A stretch of DNA of 63,995 bases, filler included, from Intoshia linei (taxonomy: Eukaryota > Animalia > Orthonectida): assembly GCA_001642005.1 (NCBI GenBank). It is 9 parts of 9 records of this genome, joined end to end, with 100 filler letters (N's around TTAATTAATTAA, not from the genome) between each part and the next. Parts side by side here need not be neighbours in the genome. Positions count along the whole stretch, not along the records: positions 41,041 to 43,704 come from LWCA01002251.1; positions 43,805 to 45,799 come from LWCA01002440.1; positions 45,900 to 52,165 come from LWCA01001698.1; positions 52,266 to 57,648 come from LWCA01001792.1; 5 more parts are not named here. One strand, 5' to 3'. Each line of letters starts with the position of its first letter. Positions within the stretch are counted from its first letter, which is position 1. The translations under genes and the position numbers were made by a program. Below are positions 41,221-55,176 of the stretch, one piece after another. The notes beneath the pieces were generated by a model, which was not told where the DNA came from, searched no databases, and saw nothing but the letters and a program-made list of their open reading frames with translations.

Positions 41221-43081
41221 CTGCAAGATAACAAACGTTAGCAGACGTGCAATCTATAAATCCTAATTCGCAATGTTTCATTTTGTAAAATATTTCAAAT
41301 GTAGACCAATTTATAGACTAAATATAAAATGTTAAAAATATAAAAATTTACATTACAAACACTTTAATTTTATTAGGTTAGTAATAAACTCGATTTTTTA
41401 ATAATTAAAGGTTTAATGATTTAAGGACATTGGATGACTGAAGAGTGACGACGAAAATGATTTCCTTAATGCTAAATGTAGAATGGATACATATTAACCA
41501 TCCTCACTCATGTAAATTGAATTTTATTAAATCTGCCAGTGTCTGATTTTAACAATCCAAAAATTGCAAAAAAATGACAATATCAAAAAGTAATATCTTT
41601 AGTCAAAAAATATCATTATTTTAAATAAAAATTAAAATGTAATAACAATACAGTGTATTTACAAAATATTGTATTCAATAAACCTTACATTTATGTACAA
41701 TTTTTTATTACAATTCCAAAAATCTAGATTTAAATCTCGGTAATATAATCAATTCAATAAACATTTGTATCAAATTGTATATTTGAATAAAATTTAAAAT
41801 AACATAAATTTCTTCTTTTGTGACGGCAATAAGTTTGACTGTGTCATCTTTTTCTGTCATTGTCTTATCCATCTTATCTATTAAAAATAAAAAAAAAAAA
41901 ACTATCGACATACTCAAATATTGTTGATTATAACGATTTACACTATTTCCAATTAACAATCCATCTTCATTAAAAGGAGCCAATAAAAGTATTTTATCAG
42001 AAAATAAATTAATTTTGTCTAAAATCGAATTACATCAAATAAAAAACTTTAAAAAAAATTACGGTAACTCATATAATTCTTAAAATCACGGGAACAGCTA
42101 TGCTCGAAACTAGATATACTAATTATGTATAAATCTCCGGAAAGTAGACCCAGAGTAATGGTACTACCCTGCACCGACGTATTGTTAATTTCATCTTTAA
42201 ATTTACTAGGAAAACAGTCCAAATAATCAATGGTATTCTTGTCGAGTTCATCACTTCCCTCAAAAAACTTGTCCGTTTTAATATCACCTAAATTACATTA
42301 AACAGTAAACCATTAAAATGGGCGCATATATAATGAAAGCAAAACATAACAGAATTATCAAAACCTTTATTAACAATATCATCAAATGAAATGGACTTTT
42401 TTCTAAACCCTGGGTCTAAGAGAATTTTACGTCTAATGCAAGGTGTATTTGAAGTAACATGGCTCGAGTTTTCACGATTTAATAAATCACTTTGCATCGT
42501 ATCGCTTTTGGATTCATCATGATACGCGATTATACTTTCCCTTTTACACATTTGTGTACGTTCATTTTTTAAATCAGACATGTGTTTTCTCACCATTTTA
42601 TAAAAATTTTTTTTTTCAAATTTTGATTTTATTCGACTAGATTGGACATTGGTTACTTCTTCTAATGAATTATTTTCATTTTTATATATTCGTAAAATTG
42701 TAGTATCGGAACTTTTTGATTTTATCATTTTAAGATTATCAGATTTACAGACACAACCCAAAATGTAGCAATCTTCTACAGTTTGCTACAACAAAAATTA
42801 TTTTTTTACAAATTAATCAAATTTTAGCACAAAAAAATTAAATTAGACAATACTTCTAAAATTTTTACATTTCTCATGAAAGCTGCTTTCGTGCAATTTG
42901 AATCACAATCTTCATTATAAATGTTTTTTACAATTTTATCTTTGGAATATTCTTTAAAACGTTTTTAATAATATTTTTAATTTTAAATTTACGAATCAAT
43001 TGATTGAGAGTGACGATTGATAATACACGGTTGCGTAACATATCCATAATGGCCACTCCGTAACGTGTTGATATTATCAAT
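41221..43081 (-). CDS. Tomosyn (STXBP5)/Lgl-family WD40 protein, internal exons only
   Basis: Ordered motifs LIISTRYGVAIMDMLRNRVL ... STITLGLLSGDLYII ... DKILLLAPFNEDGLLIG ... KLIAVTKEEIY|SINWSTFEIFYK follow the order of the tomosyn second beta-propeller; divergent. Confidence 0.55.
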
Positions 43082-44320
43082 CTAAAATTATGTAATCAAC
43101 AAACGAACAAGATTTTAAAATATACAAGTTAAACTTTACAAAAATTTCAAATTTAACTAGATATTTGGTATTTCAGGGTCAAACTAATTTTCTTTCGCGG
43201 GTCACTTTTTATATGACATTTTTAATTGCATTTAATTGGGAATTAATTCATCTCAGAAAAACAAAATGGATTTCTATTTTACGTCCGTTGAAGACTTAAG
43301 TTTAAGAGTTGGATATTCCACTGAATAAAAAATGCCATCTAGTATTGATATGCCTCGTATAATTTATTATAAAATAAGAAAACATATTTTAATAGTAAAA
43401 TTTTAGTTAACGGAATTTTTGGTTTGTCAAAATTGTGAAATTCCGTTAAATAGGATTTAGACTGTATAATCAACGATAAGCATAAAAATTTGTCAATTGG
43501 AGAAAAAAACAAATCATACTGTTTCATGAGGAAAATAAAACATATAGCCAACGAGATATGGCTAAGAAATTTAAATTATCTCTGGCTGTATTAACCCATA
43601 TATTCCCAGTGACCATATGGTCACACAAGATTACAATTATAAAAACACGTTCAAATTGAAACAAAGTTAATTAAATATGAAAAATTAAATTAATTAGTAT
43701 ATTANNNNNNNNNNNNNNNNNNNNNNNNNNNNNNNNNNNNNNNNNNNNTTAATTAATTAANNNNNNNNNNNNNNNNNNNNNNNNNNNNNNNNNNNNNNNN
43801 NNNNCATTCGTCGGTTTTACATGAAAACAAGGCATATGTTTATAGATGATGGAATAGACAACTGTAATGATATTGATAATACCAACGAGAATATACCAAA
43901 AAAACTTAAAACAGCAAATGATTATTTCGAGCGGTTCTATGTTGAAAAAAGAATAATGCTACACTGCTAGAAAAAAGTTTGGGACATTCATAAAATTTTA
44001 TATAAATAATCAGTTGTTATAATCATTTAAATATATGTTTTTTTATAAATGGTGTATAAAATAATTATACATCTTATATAATAACTTACCATTAAAACTG
44101 ATTTAAATTAAATTCTAAATAAAGTTTAAATACCATTTTTTTATTGGAAAAAGTGTCCCAAAATTTTGATTAATTATAAATTAAAGCTTAATTAAACAGG
44201 TAATTTTTTTATTTTTCTTTTATATTGCTTCATTTTCATCGATTGCCACCCTTACTGCAATCATAGTAAAAATGAGAAATATTTACAATGTAAATCTTGC
44301 TAATTTTAATTTTTTCATAG

Positions 44321-45512
44321 TGGATTCAAAAAATTTCATTTGCCTAGAAAATTTTGAAAAATATGATGTCAGAACTCTAACAAGTGCTTTTAAATCAATT
44401 TTGAGGTATACAATATGAAATTCAAATTACTCGTTATATAAAACATGCTAAAATTAATAAAAGTAACGAGTAATAAACTGTAAATCTAGAAAAATGATTA
44501 AAAATTTTCTCTAGAGACAGACAGGAACCTCTAATTCAATACAATAATTACGAAAAATTAAAAAGTTCGAGTATATGAATTACCCCAACTAAAATAATGT
44601 ATATTTTTAAGACGTGAAAGATATTTCTAGTAAACAAGAAGAAATTAAAAATGTTATATATGATATGAACGATACGAAATATTTAATTATTAAATCAGTT
44701 ATACGACATTTGGTCAAGTATATACTCAAATTTAATATTACAGAACACATTGTTTAGAGTAAAACATTACACTGAAGAAAATTTAATGACGTCCAAAAAT
44801 TTATCAATTTGTTTTGGACCGTGTTTAATACACCCTAAAAATTTTAGTTTTATAGATATATCCAACATTAAAAGTGCCAATTATATTATCGAATTTCTAA
44901 TCAATAATTTTGATCAGGTATTTTTTAATTTTTATGTAAAATTATTCAAGAATTTGGACCATTTTTGAAATTTATATGAATCCATAAAATTAAATTGAAT
45001 TAAAAATTTATAAATTATAATTGATGATAATACATTATATTAATCGAATGTTGATTAAATTAGATTTTTATTGACGAAAAAAAAGATTATTATAATACTC
45101 TGAAAAAAAATGATAAAACCAAATCAAGTCAAGATGAAACACACATTTCTCAAGAGAGTAATAGTACCGAGAATGATACGTCATGTCTAGAAAGGTTAGT
45201 ATTATTTGATAGTGTACTTAAATTATTAAATTTCAAATGTCGATATCATATTTAGAATATACATTTGGTATATAAAATTTTTGGGCCGCAAAAATTTTTT
45301 TATGTTCATAAGGGGTCGCGAACACAAAAAGGTAGAAAACCACTGGTTTATATACGTTAATTTTATTATTATATTAAGAAATACTGCACATGTGGACAAC
45401 AAAAATGAACTTTGTGCTGAGAGGTTACTATTTTTTGTTAATAAATTATTTACCTTATATTATATAGATCTACAACCGAACACATTGCATGTGTTGAACC
45501 AACCACTGAAAG
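44321..45512 (+). CDS. RhoGAP domain protein, GRAF/oligophrenin-like, internal exons
   Basis: YDVRTLTSAFKSILR|DRQEPLI...IRHLVKVKHYTEENLMTSKNLSICFGPCLI...NIKSANYIIEFLINNFDQIF. Confidence 0.8.
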
Positions 45513-45899
45513 GTTAGAAAATTTAAATTAATTTTCAATGTATTACATATTACAGTCTGTTTCATATTTCAGTTAATGTAAATAATTATGTTTTATGATT
45601 ACTATTATTATTAGAATGATAATACTGTTAGACAATATTCAATATTTTTTTAAATAAAATATATAAAATTCACATTAAATGAAATAAACTACTTTTATGG
45701 TTTTATTATTTTATTACGTTTTGCTTAAAATGGATTAGAATATAACAGTGGCGTAGCGTCATAGTGTGCAAGGTGTTCGCCGAACACCCTAGACAATTTN
45801 NNNNNNNNNNNNNNNNNNNNNNNNNNNNNNNNNNNNNNNNNNNTTAATTAATTAANNNNNNNNNNNNNNNNNNNNNNNNNNNNNNNNNNNNNNNNNNNN

Positions 45900-46389
45900 G
45901 CACTGAAGCCACATTCTGCTAAGTATGAAGAAGGGAAAGGTAACATAACTCATCTTTCTGTCTCATCACAAAGCTATGACGTAACTCATTTTATGTTGAA
46001 CATTGATTTCATTGACTCATCGTTTTGCATTTCCGAGATTTCTTCTTGATATTGCGTCGAGATATCACATACATCTGCTAGCATTGGATGCATCGTCCAT
46101 ACTGGAAATTTAATATTTTTTAAATTAGAAAATCTTTCTTTGAAATCAGAAGCTAATAATTTCAAATGATCAACTATTATAAGTACATCAGCATCAGTTA
46201 CCTCACACCTCTTTAACCAATAAAACCAATAGACCAGTTTTCTATGGTAGCCGAGTGAATTTGTTCGCAAAAAATATGAGAATTTATCAAAGTTTAGATT
46301 ATCTTGATTTCTTGACAAATTTTCACAAGCACCACTCAAATTTTATATGTCCCACTGGTGGGGCGCACGACCCACGTTAGAAATCACTG
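45900..46389 (-). mobile_element. Internally deleted hAT (Buster/Charlie) transposase remnant
   Basis: TIR-like CAGTGATTTCTAAC at 46389; HLKLLASDFKERF...QEEISEMQND; frameshifted LPFPSSYLAECGFS dimerisation motif. Confidence 0.8.
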
Positions 46390-47034
46390 ATCTAGAGTTA
46401 TGCCTATTTTTTAGTCTCCCTTTGAAACGTGTTTACCTGAAGATGTGATGTTACCAGAATGGCTGGGATATGGTAATTTCAACCTTCATTCCGGGTTTAT
46501 TCTAATGGATAGTTATGATGAATATCATATATTAGTATATTCCGGGGATCATCATCCTCATACCTGCGGCTACCATTCAATGCATTGTGCCCACGATAAA
46601 ATAAAATGGTGTCCTCGTTGAAATTTATTAAATAAAATTCTGAGGCTATTTTCATGTAAAAAAGGGTCATTTAGGTTTTTGACCCAGAAGGCCTAATTTC
46701 TAAAAAGGAAATCGAAGTTATTCTCGATAAAATTCACATGAATTTCAAAAAACTGTATTAGAAATTGGGTTTTTTAATATCTAGGACGCTTAGATTTTTA
46801 ACTAAACGCTAACCCACAATGTGTGTCACACACGCATATATTTTGAATTTTATATGAGTAAAGAAGAATACATTTTGTACTGGCTAAACTATTAACATTA
46901 TGGAATTTGCCCTCTTGTCAAATAGGTGAGGACCCCTGGTATATTCTAGTTCAAATTTTTAATGAATAGTACCTCTTATACACATAATTGTGTGGTGTGA
47001 AAGGAATATTAAAAATTTAATCTGAATTTTACAG

Positions 47035-50000
47035 AAAAATAATGACGTTTCATATGAAAAAAACCAAAAACAAACAAGCAAACTACCAAAGATTTTATAT
47101 CCACCGTAAAAGAATAAATAAAATTTTAAATCAAAATATAGTTGAGGTATTCATTATATATTTAAGCATTTCACCATAGATACATTAATTTCTAGAAAGT
47201 TGAAACCACTATAAAACCATTTAATCCTGTCACTATCTGAAATATTACTTCTATTTAAACAGTTCTAATTTTATATTGCCACTACTGCATTGGTTTTATT
47301 GGCCATTTAATATTTTCAAAATTTAAAGAGTTCTATGTTTAATGATGGCATTTATGCAGTTTATGGGTTTATAAAATTGAATAAAGTTTTTCTAAATTTG
47401 CCTTGGATAGCAGGATATGCAGGGACAGTGAAAGGGTTGAAATTATAGAAAAGTGGAAATTTCATTTGAAAATTACTTCGCGTAGACTATTACACATCTA
47501 TATTTTTACATTTATAAAGTTTTTCTGCAATTGGTATATGAAATGATAATTAATTAATCGGCTAAGAATATGTTGCATTAAAAATAATGAAAATATTTTT
47601 AATTTTTAATTGCGTTAAATACGACTTGCCAAGATAATTTAATATATTAATAATATATATATAATATAATATAATATATATATAATAATATTAATAGTAA
47701 AATATTAGAATGTGTACATTTCACAGTTTTACACATTCTATACGACATATATATATATATACATGTTAAATATCCTTTAATGTATGTTTCAAATGCAGTT
47801 TTGATGAAATTGTCCATATTATCTTGTATATGTCCATAATTGCATTTACTTTAATTGATTCAACTTAATTAGGTTGGTGGCAGATCTGTTAATTTAAGAA
47901 GTATTATCATAAAGAACACATTGTCTGAGATTAAAAAGAATTTATCACAGGCTATATCTCAATATGAAAATGGAAATTTTTATAATATTTTAGTAATTTT
48001 ACTACATGTATAATTTAAATTTTATATATTATATAGATTTATTCTTTATTATTAATATCTTCTATAATAATTAAATTATAAATATGTATTACTAATATAG
48101 AAACTGAAACGTATTGTCAAAGTTAATAAGATTATACATTCAAAATTATCTATTTATTCTCCAGTTTCATCATTTGAAGATTTATTTATGGAAGCAGATT
48201 CTTGTGTTACCAGTCGAATGGGCAGAATCTATTTAAAAACACTGTCTGATATTGGCAGTATTTTGTTGACTGAATATTCTTATAATTCTACAACCAGAAG
48301 GTATTATATAATGTACATTAGGGTGTCATATTTTTTACAAAATTGGAGAATTTCAAGGACGATTACTATTTCAAAATGTGGTGTGGGGTTGATCATTTTA
48401 AATCTCTTAGATAAAAATGTTATAAAAAATTAAAACTGAACTTTATTGTAGTCAAAACAAGATATAATCACATATTAATGGTTATTAAACATTTATGTTG
48501 GTCTCCATATTATACTAGGTTGACTGTTATGTACTACGTACAAACAGCACCTAGCTCTGCGAAGGGCACATTTTTATTATACCAAAAAAATAAATTCACG
48601 TTGAAAATTTAACTTAAAAATCCTACTATTAACTATTATTAATCCTTTAAAGGAGTGGTTCTCAAATTTGTTTAGGTAGAACCATCATATCACATTACTT
48701 TTTACTTTAAACCGAATTATTTCATCTTAATTTTTTGTTTGTTAACATTGGCGTAAAGAATTTTAAAAACAATTGTTATCCCATTTTTTTAATTTATTAG
48801 ATTATATATTATATGTGTGTATAATATTAAAAATAAAGTAACATTTTATATATGGATATTTGTTATTTTTATTATTATCCAATATTTTTAGATTTGTTAC
48901 ATGGAGAAAATCTAACGAGGATGCTGAGGAAGCTAAAATGGACATAAATAGAGACGTAAATAAGGAAAATTATACTCTTTATTTAACATTACATTTAGAG
49001 ATTGAGTAAAATCATTAAGGCATACGATCATGCATCGACGAAATTTATTGGATCTGATCATTTTGAAGCTTTAGTTGAATTAATTGGACCATACATGTCG
49101 ATGATTTTAATTAGCCATTTGCTTCCAATAATCATTTCACAGGTTATTTAATTTTTTTTAATTGTTTTAGAAATGAGCGAATGGGTGTTTTATTTAGTTT
49201 TTTCAAGATAGTCTTGATTATAAATTTAATATTTACAATTTATATAAATATATACATTTTTTTATATTTTCTGATTTATCACATATAACTATTAAAAATA
49301 TGCTTTTGAAATTCATCAAATAAAAGATAATACATTACAATTATACATACAATGTGTTTTATGAATGTGTCATGTGAATATGAATCATACAATATGAATA
49401 AATACTCCATTATATATCATATATCATCATCGGAGTATCATATACACACTGTGCTAAAATATTATGCAAATCACTAAAAGTTGTGTAAATCAGTTTACAA
49501 TTGATTAAAACTTATATTTTTTTTGTCATTAATTGACATTTAATTGACTCAGTATGTATTAAAAATTAAATATTTATTTAATTCAAATAAAAATGTTTAT
49601 TTACATATTATCGTTTTTTTATATTGTTAAGTGTGCTAAAATATTATGCAAATTTTAAATGGGAAAGAAAAACGACTTAAATATAGAAGAAAAAAACCAA
49701 ATAGTAGGTTTAATGGCTAGAAAAAAAAGTACTCTACAATTATCACGATGTCTCGAACGTGATCATCGCACTATTAAAAAATGGTTAGAAGATCCGTCTA
49801 AAAAGAATGATATGTCAAATAGTCGTTGAAATAAGATACTTTAATCTAGACAATTACGAATTCTTAAGAATGAAGTGCTTGTGACACCACTTGCGACGAT
49901 TTTAAGATTATTTTCGGCTTGCAACATGGGAGATGTGCCTAGAAGCAGTCGATGTAGGGTTTTAAAATCTGTTGCATCTGTTAAAAAAGCTCTTAGAATA

Positions 50001-51164
50001 CTGATTTTGAAAATTATTCACAAAGAAAAAAGGATGAAATGGGCTAGAACCAATTTAAAGACAAATTTCCAATCCGTAATATTTACAGATGAATGTCGTG
50101 CAACTCTTGATGGCCCGGATGGCTGGTCAAAAGGTTGGGTACTAAATAACACTAAAGTACCATCAGTAATGCGTCGTCAACAAGGTGGTGGTGGTGTAAT
50201 ATTTTGGGCAGGCATAATCGGTAATGAGGTATTAAGGCCAATTAGAGTTCCCAGTGGCGTGAAAATAAATTCGAAGTTGTAATAGGTATTATTATGATAT
50301 TTTTAAATTTTCATATTTAGTTACACAGAATTTATGGCTCAACACTACATTCCTTGGTTGAATTTGAAGAACGAAAATTTTAAAAATAATTGCATATTTA
50401 TGCATGGCAATGCACCTTCACATGCATCGTCGTATACGCGATCATTTCTCTCAGAAAATAGCATTAGTGGAGGAAAATTGATGGATTGGCCCCCTAACAG
50501 TCCGGATTTAAACCCTATAGAAAATTATTGGAGCATGATAAAAATGTAACATTGAAATTACCTTAATAATTATTTATGTTAATCATTTAGAAAATTATAT
50601 TCTGCTAATATATATAGACTCAGTATAACTCTTTTGATCTACTTTGGAATGCGATTGAAGAGGTGTCTAAATCTGAACAATGCATGAACAACTGAATCAG
50701 AACGTGTCAAGAATTTGACCGAATTGGTCGATGGTAGACTTATTAAGTTGTTACAAGACCATGGTAACTACATTAAACATTAGAACTACATTTTAATGAT
50801 CTGATCCATCAAATTTAGTATGATTCATTGCATTTGCATAATATTTTGGCTTACTAACATTAACTAATAAATCTATATATTTAATTATTTTAATTTTAAT
50901 TGTTTCAAATTTTTTTCTTTTAATTACAAATAATATCACATAATTTCAAGTATATTCTATAAAAAAATTAACAATTTCACTCAACTTTTAAATATATTTT
51001 TGCGAGTTTTTTAGATCTGCATAATATTTTGGCACAGTGTGTATATAATAATACATTTAATGAAAATTGACAGATAAATGGTCCTATAACAAAATATATT
51101 CATATTATTAAAAGAGCTTTCCCTGAACGATTAATAAATGTTGATCCAATGTATGGCATCATCG
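47035..51164 (+). CDS. CYFIP: CYFIP/Sra-1 (WAVE complex), six internal exons
   Basis: ILNQNIVE|VGGRSVNL...AISQYE...VNKIIHSKLS...FEDLFMEADSCVTSRMGRI...YSYNSTTRRF...FIGSDHF...INGPITKYI...YG, collinear with CYFIP1/2. Confidence 0.85.
47225..47436. mobile_element. piggyBac-type MITE (~210 bp); sister copy 55816-56031
   Basis: TTAA|(T/C)CCT(G/A)TCACT(A/G)TC ... GACAGTGAAAGG(G/A)|TT(G/A)A; a further left end at 11851. Confidence 0.7.
49445..51041 (+). mobile_element. Full-length but inactivated Tc1-like DD37E (TRT-type) transposon with IR/DR ends, inside a CYFIP intron
   Basis: TA|CACACTGTGCTAAAATATTATGCA...TGCATAATATTTTGGCACAGTGTG|TA; inner repeats near 49632 and 50832; transposase motifs FTDECRATLDGPDGW, RRQQGGGGV, WPPNSPDLNPIEN. 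Confidence 0.92.
49659..50783 (+). pseudogene. DD37E transposase pseudogene with two apparent introns (50279-50320, 50546-50590)
   Basis: Premature stops near 49827-49845; second catalytic Asp reads G (MHGNAP); 37 residues to the Glu; frameshifts after 50610. Confidence 0.85.
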
Positions 51165-52559
51165 GTATTTAATAACATAATAAAATTTAAATTACGGTGG
51201 GAATTATTTTAGATGGTTAAGCACATTGGTCCCACTGAATTTCTTGAAAAATATGTGCTACTAAGAATTTTCACCATATATAGTATATTCAAGGGGTGTT
51301 ATTATCGTCCTGGATACCATTGTCCCACCAGGGTCTTATATTTTTGAGAAAATTTTCTCGTTGCTCAGCACTCATTCAGATATATTATAATTATCACGTC
51401 AAAATAAAAATCCACAAATTCAAATATTAAACGTGCAAGAATGACTTGAATTATTTAATACGAATATATTACATAAGATTATAAATATAACGGTATTTGT
51501 GGAAATATTTTATTTACATCCATTTATATAGTTTACATGTATGACTAAACCATACAGTGGTTCTTATACTATACACCTGAGCTTCTCAATCTTTTTTCTA
51601 TATGCGCAATAGGAAATATTAAAAAAATTGCCGAACAGTCATATAAAGAAATAATAAAAATCTGTTAATTTTTGTTCTACAATTAATACATGTCATGTGA
51701 ACCATAAGATTTTGCAAGAAAGAAAAACCCTTCGGTAAAATGATGTATAGCTCGTTCTCAATTTTTCGCTGGACACACATACCATTTGCTGGCCGGATCG
51801 GTTGGGAAACACTGATATGAATTCTAGTAATGGCAATTAGGTTCCAGAACAATGTGAATCGATTATAAACGTTTTTTTTACATTAAGAAATATGGAAACT
51901 CTATAATGATTATTTAGTAGGGCTTGAAATTGGTTTTATATAACTGATTAAAACCGATATCAAATAATAAAAACCGGTTTTTATTATTTGTAATTTGTAA
52001 TTTGTAATATTTGTTTTAATATTCGTAATTTTAATATTTGACTTTTTATATCCTTATCGATTTTGGATTCTCTTAGGTAAGTCAATAGAAGATTTACAGG
52101 GATTTATTTAAAATAAACTTACATTTGTTATAATCTTTTAATATCAATATTCTTTTTATTGATATNNNNNNNNNNNNNNNNNNNNNNNNNNNNNNNNNNN
52201 NNNNNNNNNTTAATTAATTAANNNNNNNNNNNNNNNNNNNNNNNNNNNNNNNNNNNNNNNNNNNNCTTCCTAATGACATATCGAAATAACATTTCAAAAA
52301 AAATGGCATCTCTCCAGCCAAAATACTTTATGGTTACAGACTTATAGACTTACAAATTTTGTACAAGTGTTTCTTCTGAGTCAGATGATGATGAAATACC
52401 AATTATAAAAAAGAGATATTATTCATTAAAATCAGGTGTAAAAATCTCTACAAATATATATTTGTAATGTCGAAAATCTGATCAGGTTCTGGAAAAATTA
52501 ACAGAAGAAGCACCTAGCCATGTATCTATTTGAAAGGCAACTAGAAAATATATGAAAAC

Positions 52560-52790
52560 ATCATGGATGCATTTTAAAGATTACCTTAAAAATGAAAAGA
52601 TCAGCTTACATTTTGATGGGAAGGAGATACAAGTCGTATGTGTTCAAACAGAAAAAATTAAAACAGGATTTCCCATTAGAGTTGTTTATTTGTCTAATGG
52701 TCAATAACAAACAATTTATTTGGCAATATAGCAAATAATTGAAAAATATGGCATCCAAAACAATGTAAAAATGATAATATCCGATACCTA
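52560..52790 (+). mobile_element. Degenerate DDE transposase fragment, possibly hATm-like
   Basis: KISLHFDGKEIQVVCV...LSNGQ*QTIYLAI*QIIEKYGI...KMIISDT with in-frame stops. Confidence 0.45.
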
Positions 52791-52834
52791 CACCTGTTCA
52801 TCGTTTGGTTTGGCTACAGAACCATAAACAATAA

Positions 52835-53145
52835 GTATTCCAGCAAGATTTAGCTTCTTGCCACAAAGATAAATCCATCACTTGTTATATTCAGGATAAG
52901 GGTATTTCTGTCCTGGATTGGCCTGGAAATTCGCCATACATGAATCTTATAGAAATTTTGTGGTCGAAATTGGAAGTGAGGTCCACCAGATTGAAATTAG
53001 TACAAAATCTGAATTGTTTGATCGCATTAATTTTGTCTGGAGCAATTCATCTACAATTAAAGAACTATCGAAAAGTCTTATAAATTCAATACCTCGCAGA
53101 ATTAAATCTCTAATCACCGCTAAAGGAGGAACCACAAAGTATTAC
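52835..53145 (+). mobile_element. Tc1 (DD34E) transposase 3' fragment
   Basis: VFQQDLASCH...LDWPGNSPYMNLIE (34 residues D to E), then frameshifted SIPRRIKSLITAKGGTTKY. Confidence 0.8.
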
Positions 53146-55176
53146 ATATATACAAATAAAAATAAATATGTATTTAAATAGAGTGTCCAGATTTTATAAG
53201 TACATTTATATAATATGTGATATTATATATTATGTTATAATTAAATATTATTTAAAAAAAAAACAATAAAATTAGAATTGAAAATTCTAACAATTTAAAA
53301 TTTTCAATAATTGAAACAGAATTAACCATTTAAAATATAAAATGTAAATTTTATTGGTATTTATCATTGGAAATTATTTTTTTATATAATTCACTATCAT
53401 TTTCCAAATCTTTGTAAAAATCAATAAACTCTCTTTACAATCATATTTATTTTATAATTACAATTATAATTTTTTTGGCATAATTAAAAAATAAATAATT
53501 TTTATTAATTAATACATTTGAAGTGATCCAAATTAAACGATATAGTGTGTTTTTAATATAAATTTATTAAAACTTCATTTTATTAAGAAAGTGAAAATTA
53601 AAAGTAAAATATTGACTAAAATTATCTATGGTATTTGTGAGTATTTATTTTTAAATGTCAAAAATGAGTAATTATGGAAACTCTAATTTAACCCGTAATT
53701 TAAAATGTATTTTATTTGGTCTACCTCTTTAATATAATACTAACCAATCAATACGTAAAATTAAATTATTATAATATTATGACAACCCTGTATATGTATA
53801 CGATTTGACCATATATATGAATAAGTACCCATTACTACTCCTATTGGTCCTGCTAATTGTTTCTACGAAACCAGAATTGTCTAAGTCTGACAGACATTCA
53901 TCGACGAGACTATCATATACACTTGAGTTTACAATCATAGTTGTAAATGTGTAAATGGCTGCTCAAAATGACGCTTTAAATACTTAATGGCACTACAATG
54001 GTTTCAGTTTCTAAATGAAAAATAATTGAAAACTCTACATTTCTTACATTATTTTTAGTTTTCTGGTGAATTAACCCTTTTATTTAAATAATACATTACA
54101 TTCAAAATATTTCCGATACTAATTTTAAAGTAATCTACAAAATTTGTTAAAATTTTAATTCATATTTTTAAAAAAATTACAATAACAATTATGAATAAAG
54201 TTTATGATAATAACTTTAACATTAATTTAAACTTTATCTTTATTATGATTACACTTGAATAAATAATTAAAAATTAATTAATAATAACTTGAGTCAAACT
54301 GTGTCACAGGCTGTGTGTCAAGTTGAATTTTCCATTTTATTTTCAGTTTTGAATTAATTAATTTCTTCAATATTTGTATTATGATTCTAATATAAATATA
54401 AAAACTGTGTGTATAACAATTGAAAAAGGTAATAGCAAGCGATAGTTTAAGCTTCTCAAAACTGTACCGCACTGTACTATAAGTAATACTATGCCTATTT
54501 GGCAGTGGAGATGTCAATTTCATCAATACTTAAGACGTTGGCATTTATTGAAATGAAATTATCTTTATACATATAATAATAAAATTTTTCATGGTCCCAA
54601 AAAACTTCTGTGGGCCCCAGGAGTCAATAGACCTGTTAGTAATGTTCTTCTGTAATATTACTTCGTCATGTATTATCAAAAAGTCATAATAACTAGAAAT
54701 TTACCATTTAATGGTTTTTATTGAAAAAAATTAAATTCCGTTAACAAGTGTATTACTATGGGAAAAATTCCATATTAACGAAATTGAAAATTTAGAAATT
54801 TTTTTTTCACTATCACTTTTAGTTTATTTGGAATAAATTTTAAGCCAAAAATTTTTATTCGTCATCATAGATTAGTAGTTTTGACTTCACATTTAACACC
54901 AAATAAACTAAAATTGATAGTACGTATTTTTTTTGGCCACTTTAGTTTATTGAGTGATAAACAGTACAGCTGGTGCCAGCCCTAACAATGTACTTTTCTA
55001 TGTTTTCAGATAAATTATTTTTTGAAACACCATAATGACTATATATGACCAGTGGTCATTGACCACACCATCTTTTAATAAAATATGTTGACATAATTTG
55101 AAATTAAAATGAGTAAATAAAAAGTTAAAAAACGCAACTTCATTTTACTTTGCATACATATCTATACATTTTTTCA

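Noticed and set aside
46414-46621. Relatively GC-rich ~68-codon open frame on the plus strand
   Set aside because: No recognisable motif or consistent splice partner
26575-47035. Apparent cluster of Rho/actin/polarity genes (two RhoGAPs, tomosyn/Lgl, CYFIP)
   Set aside because: They lie on different contigs joined by artificial spacers
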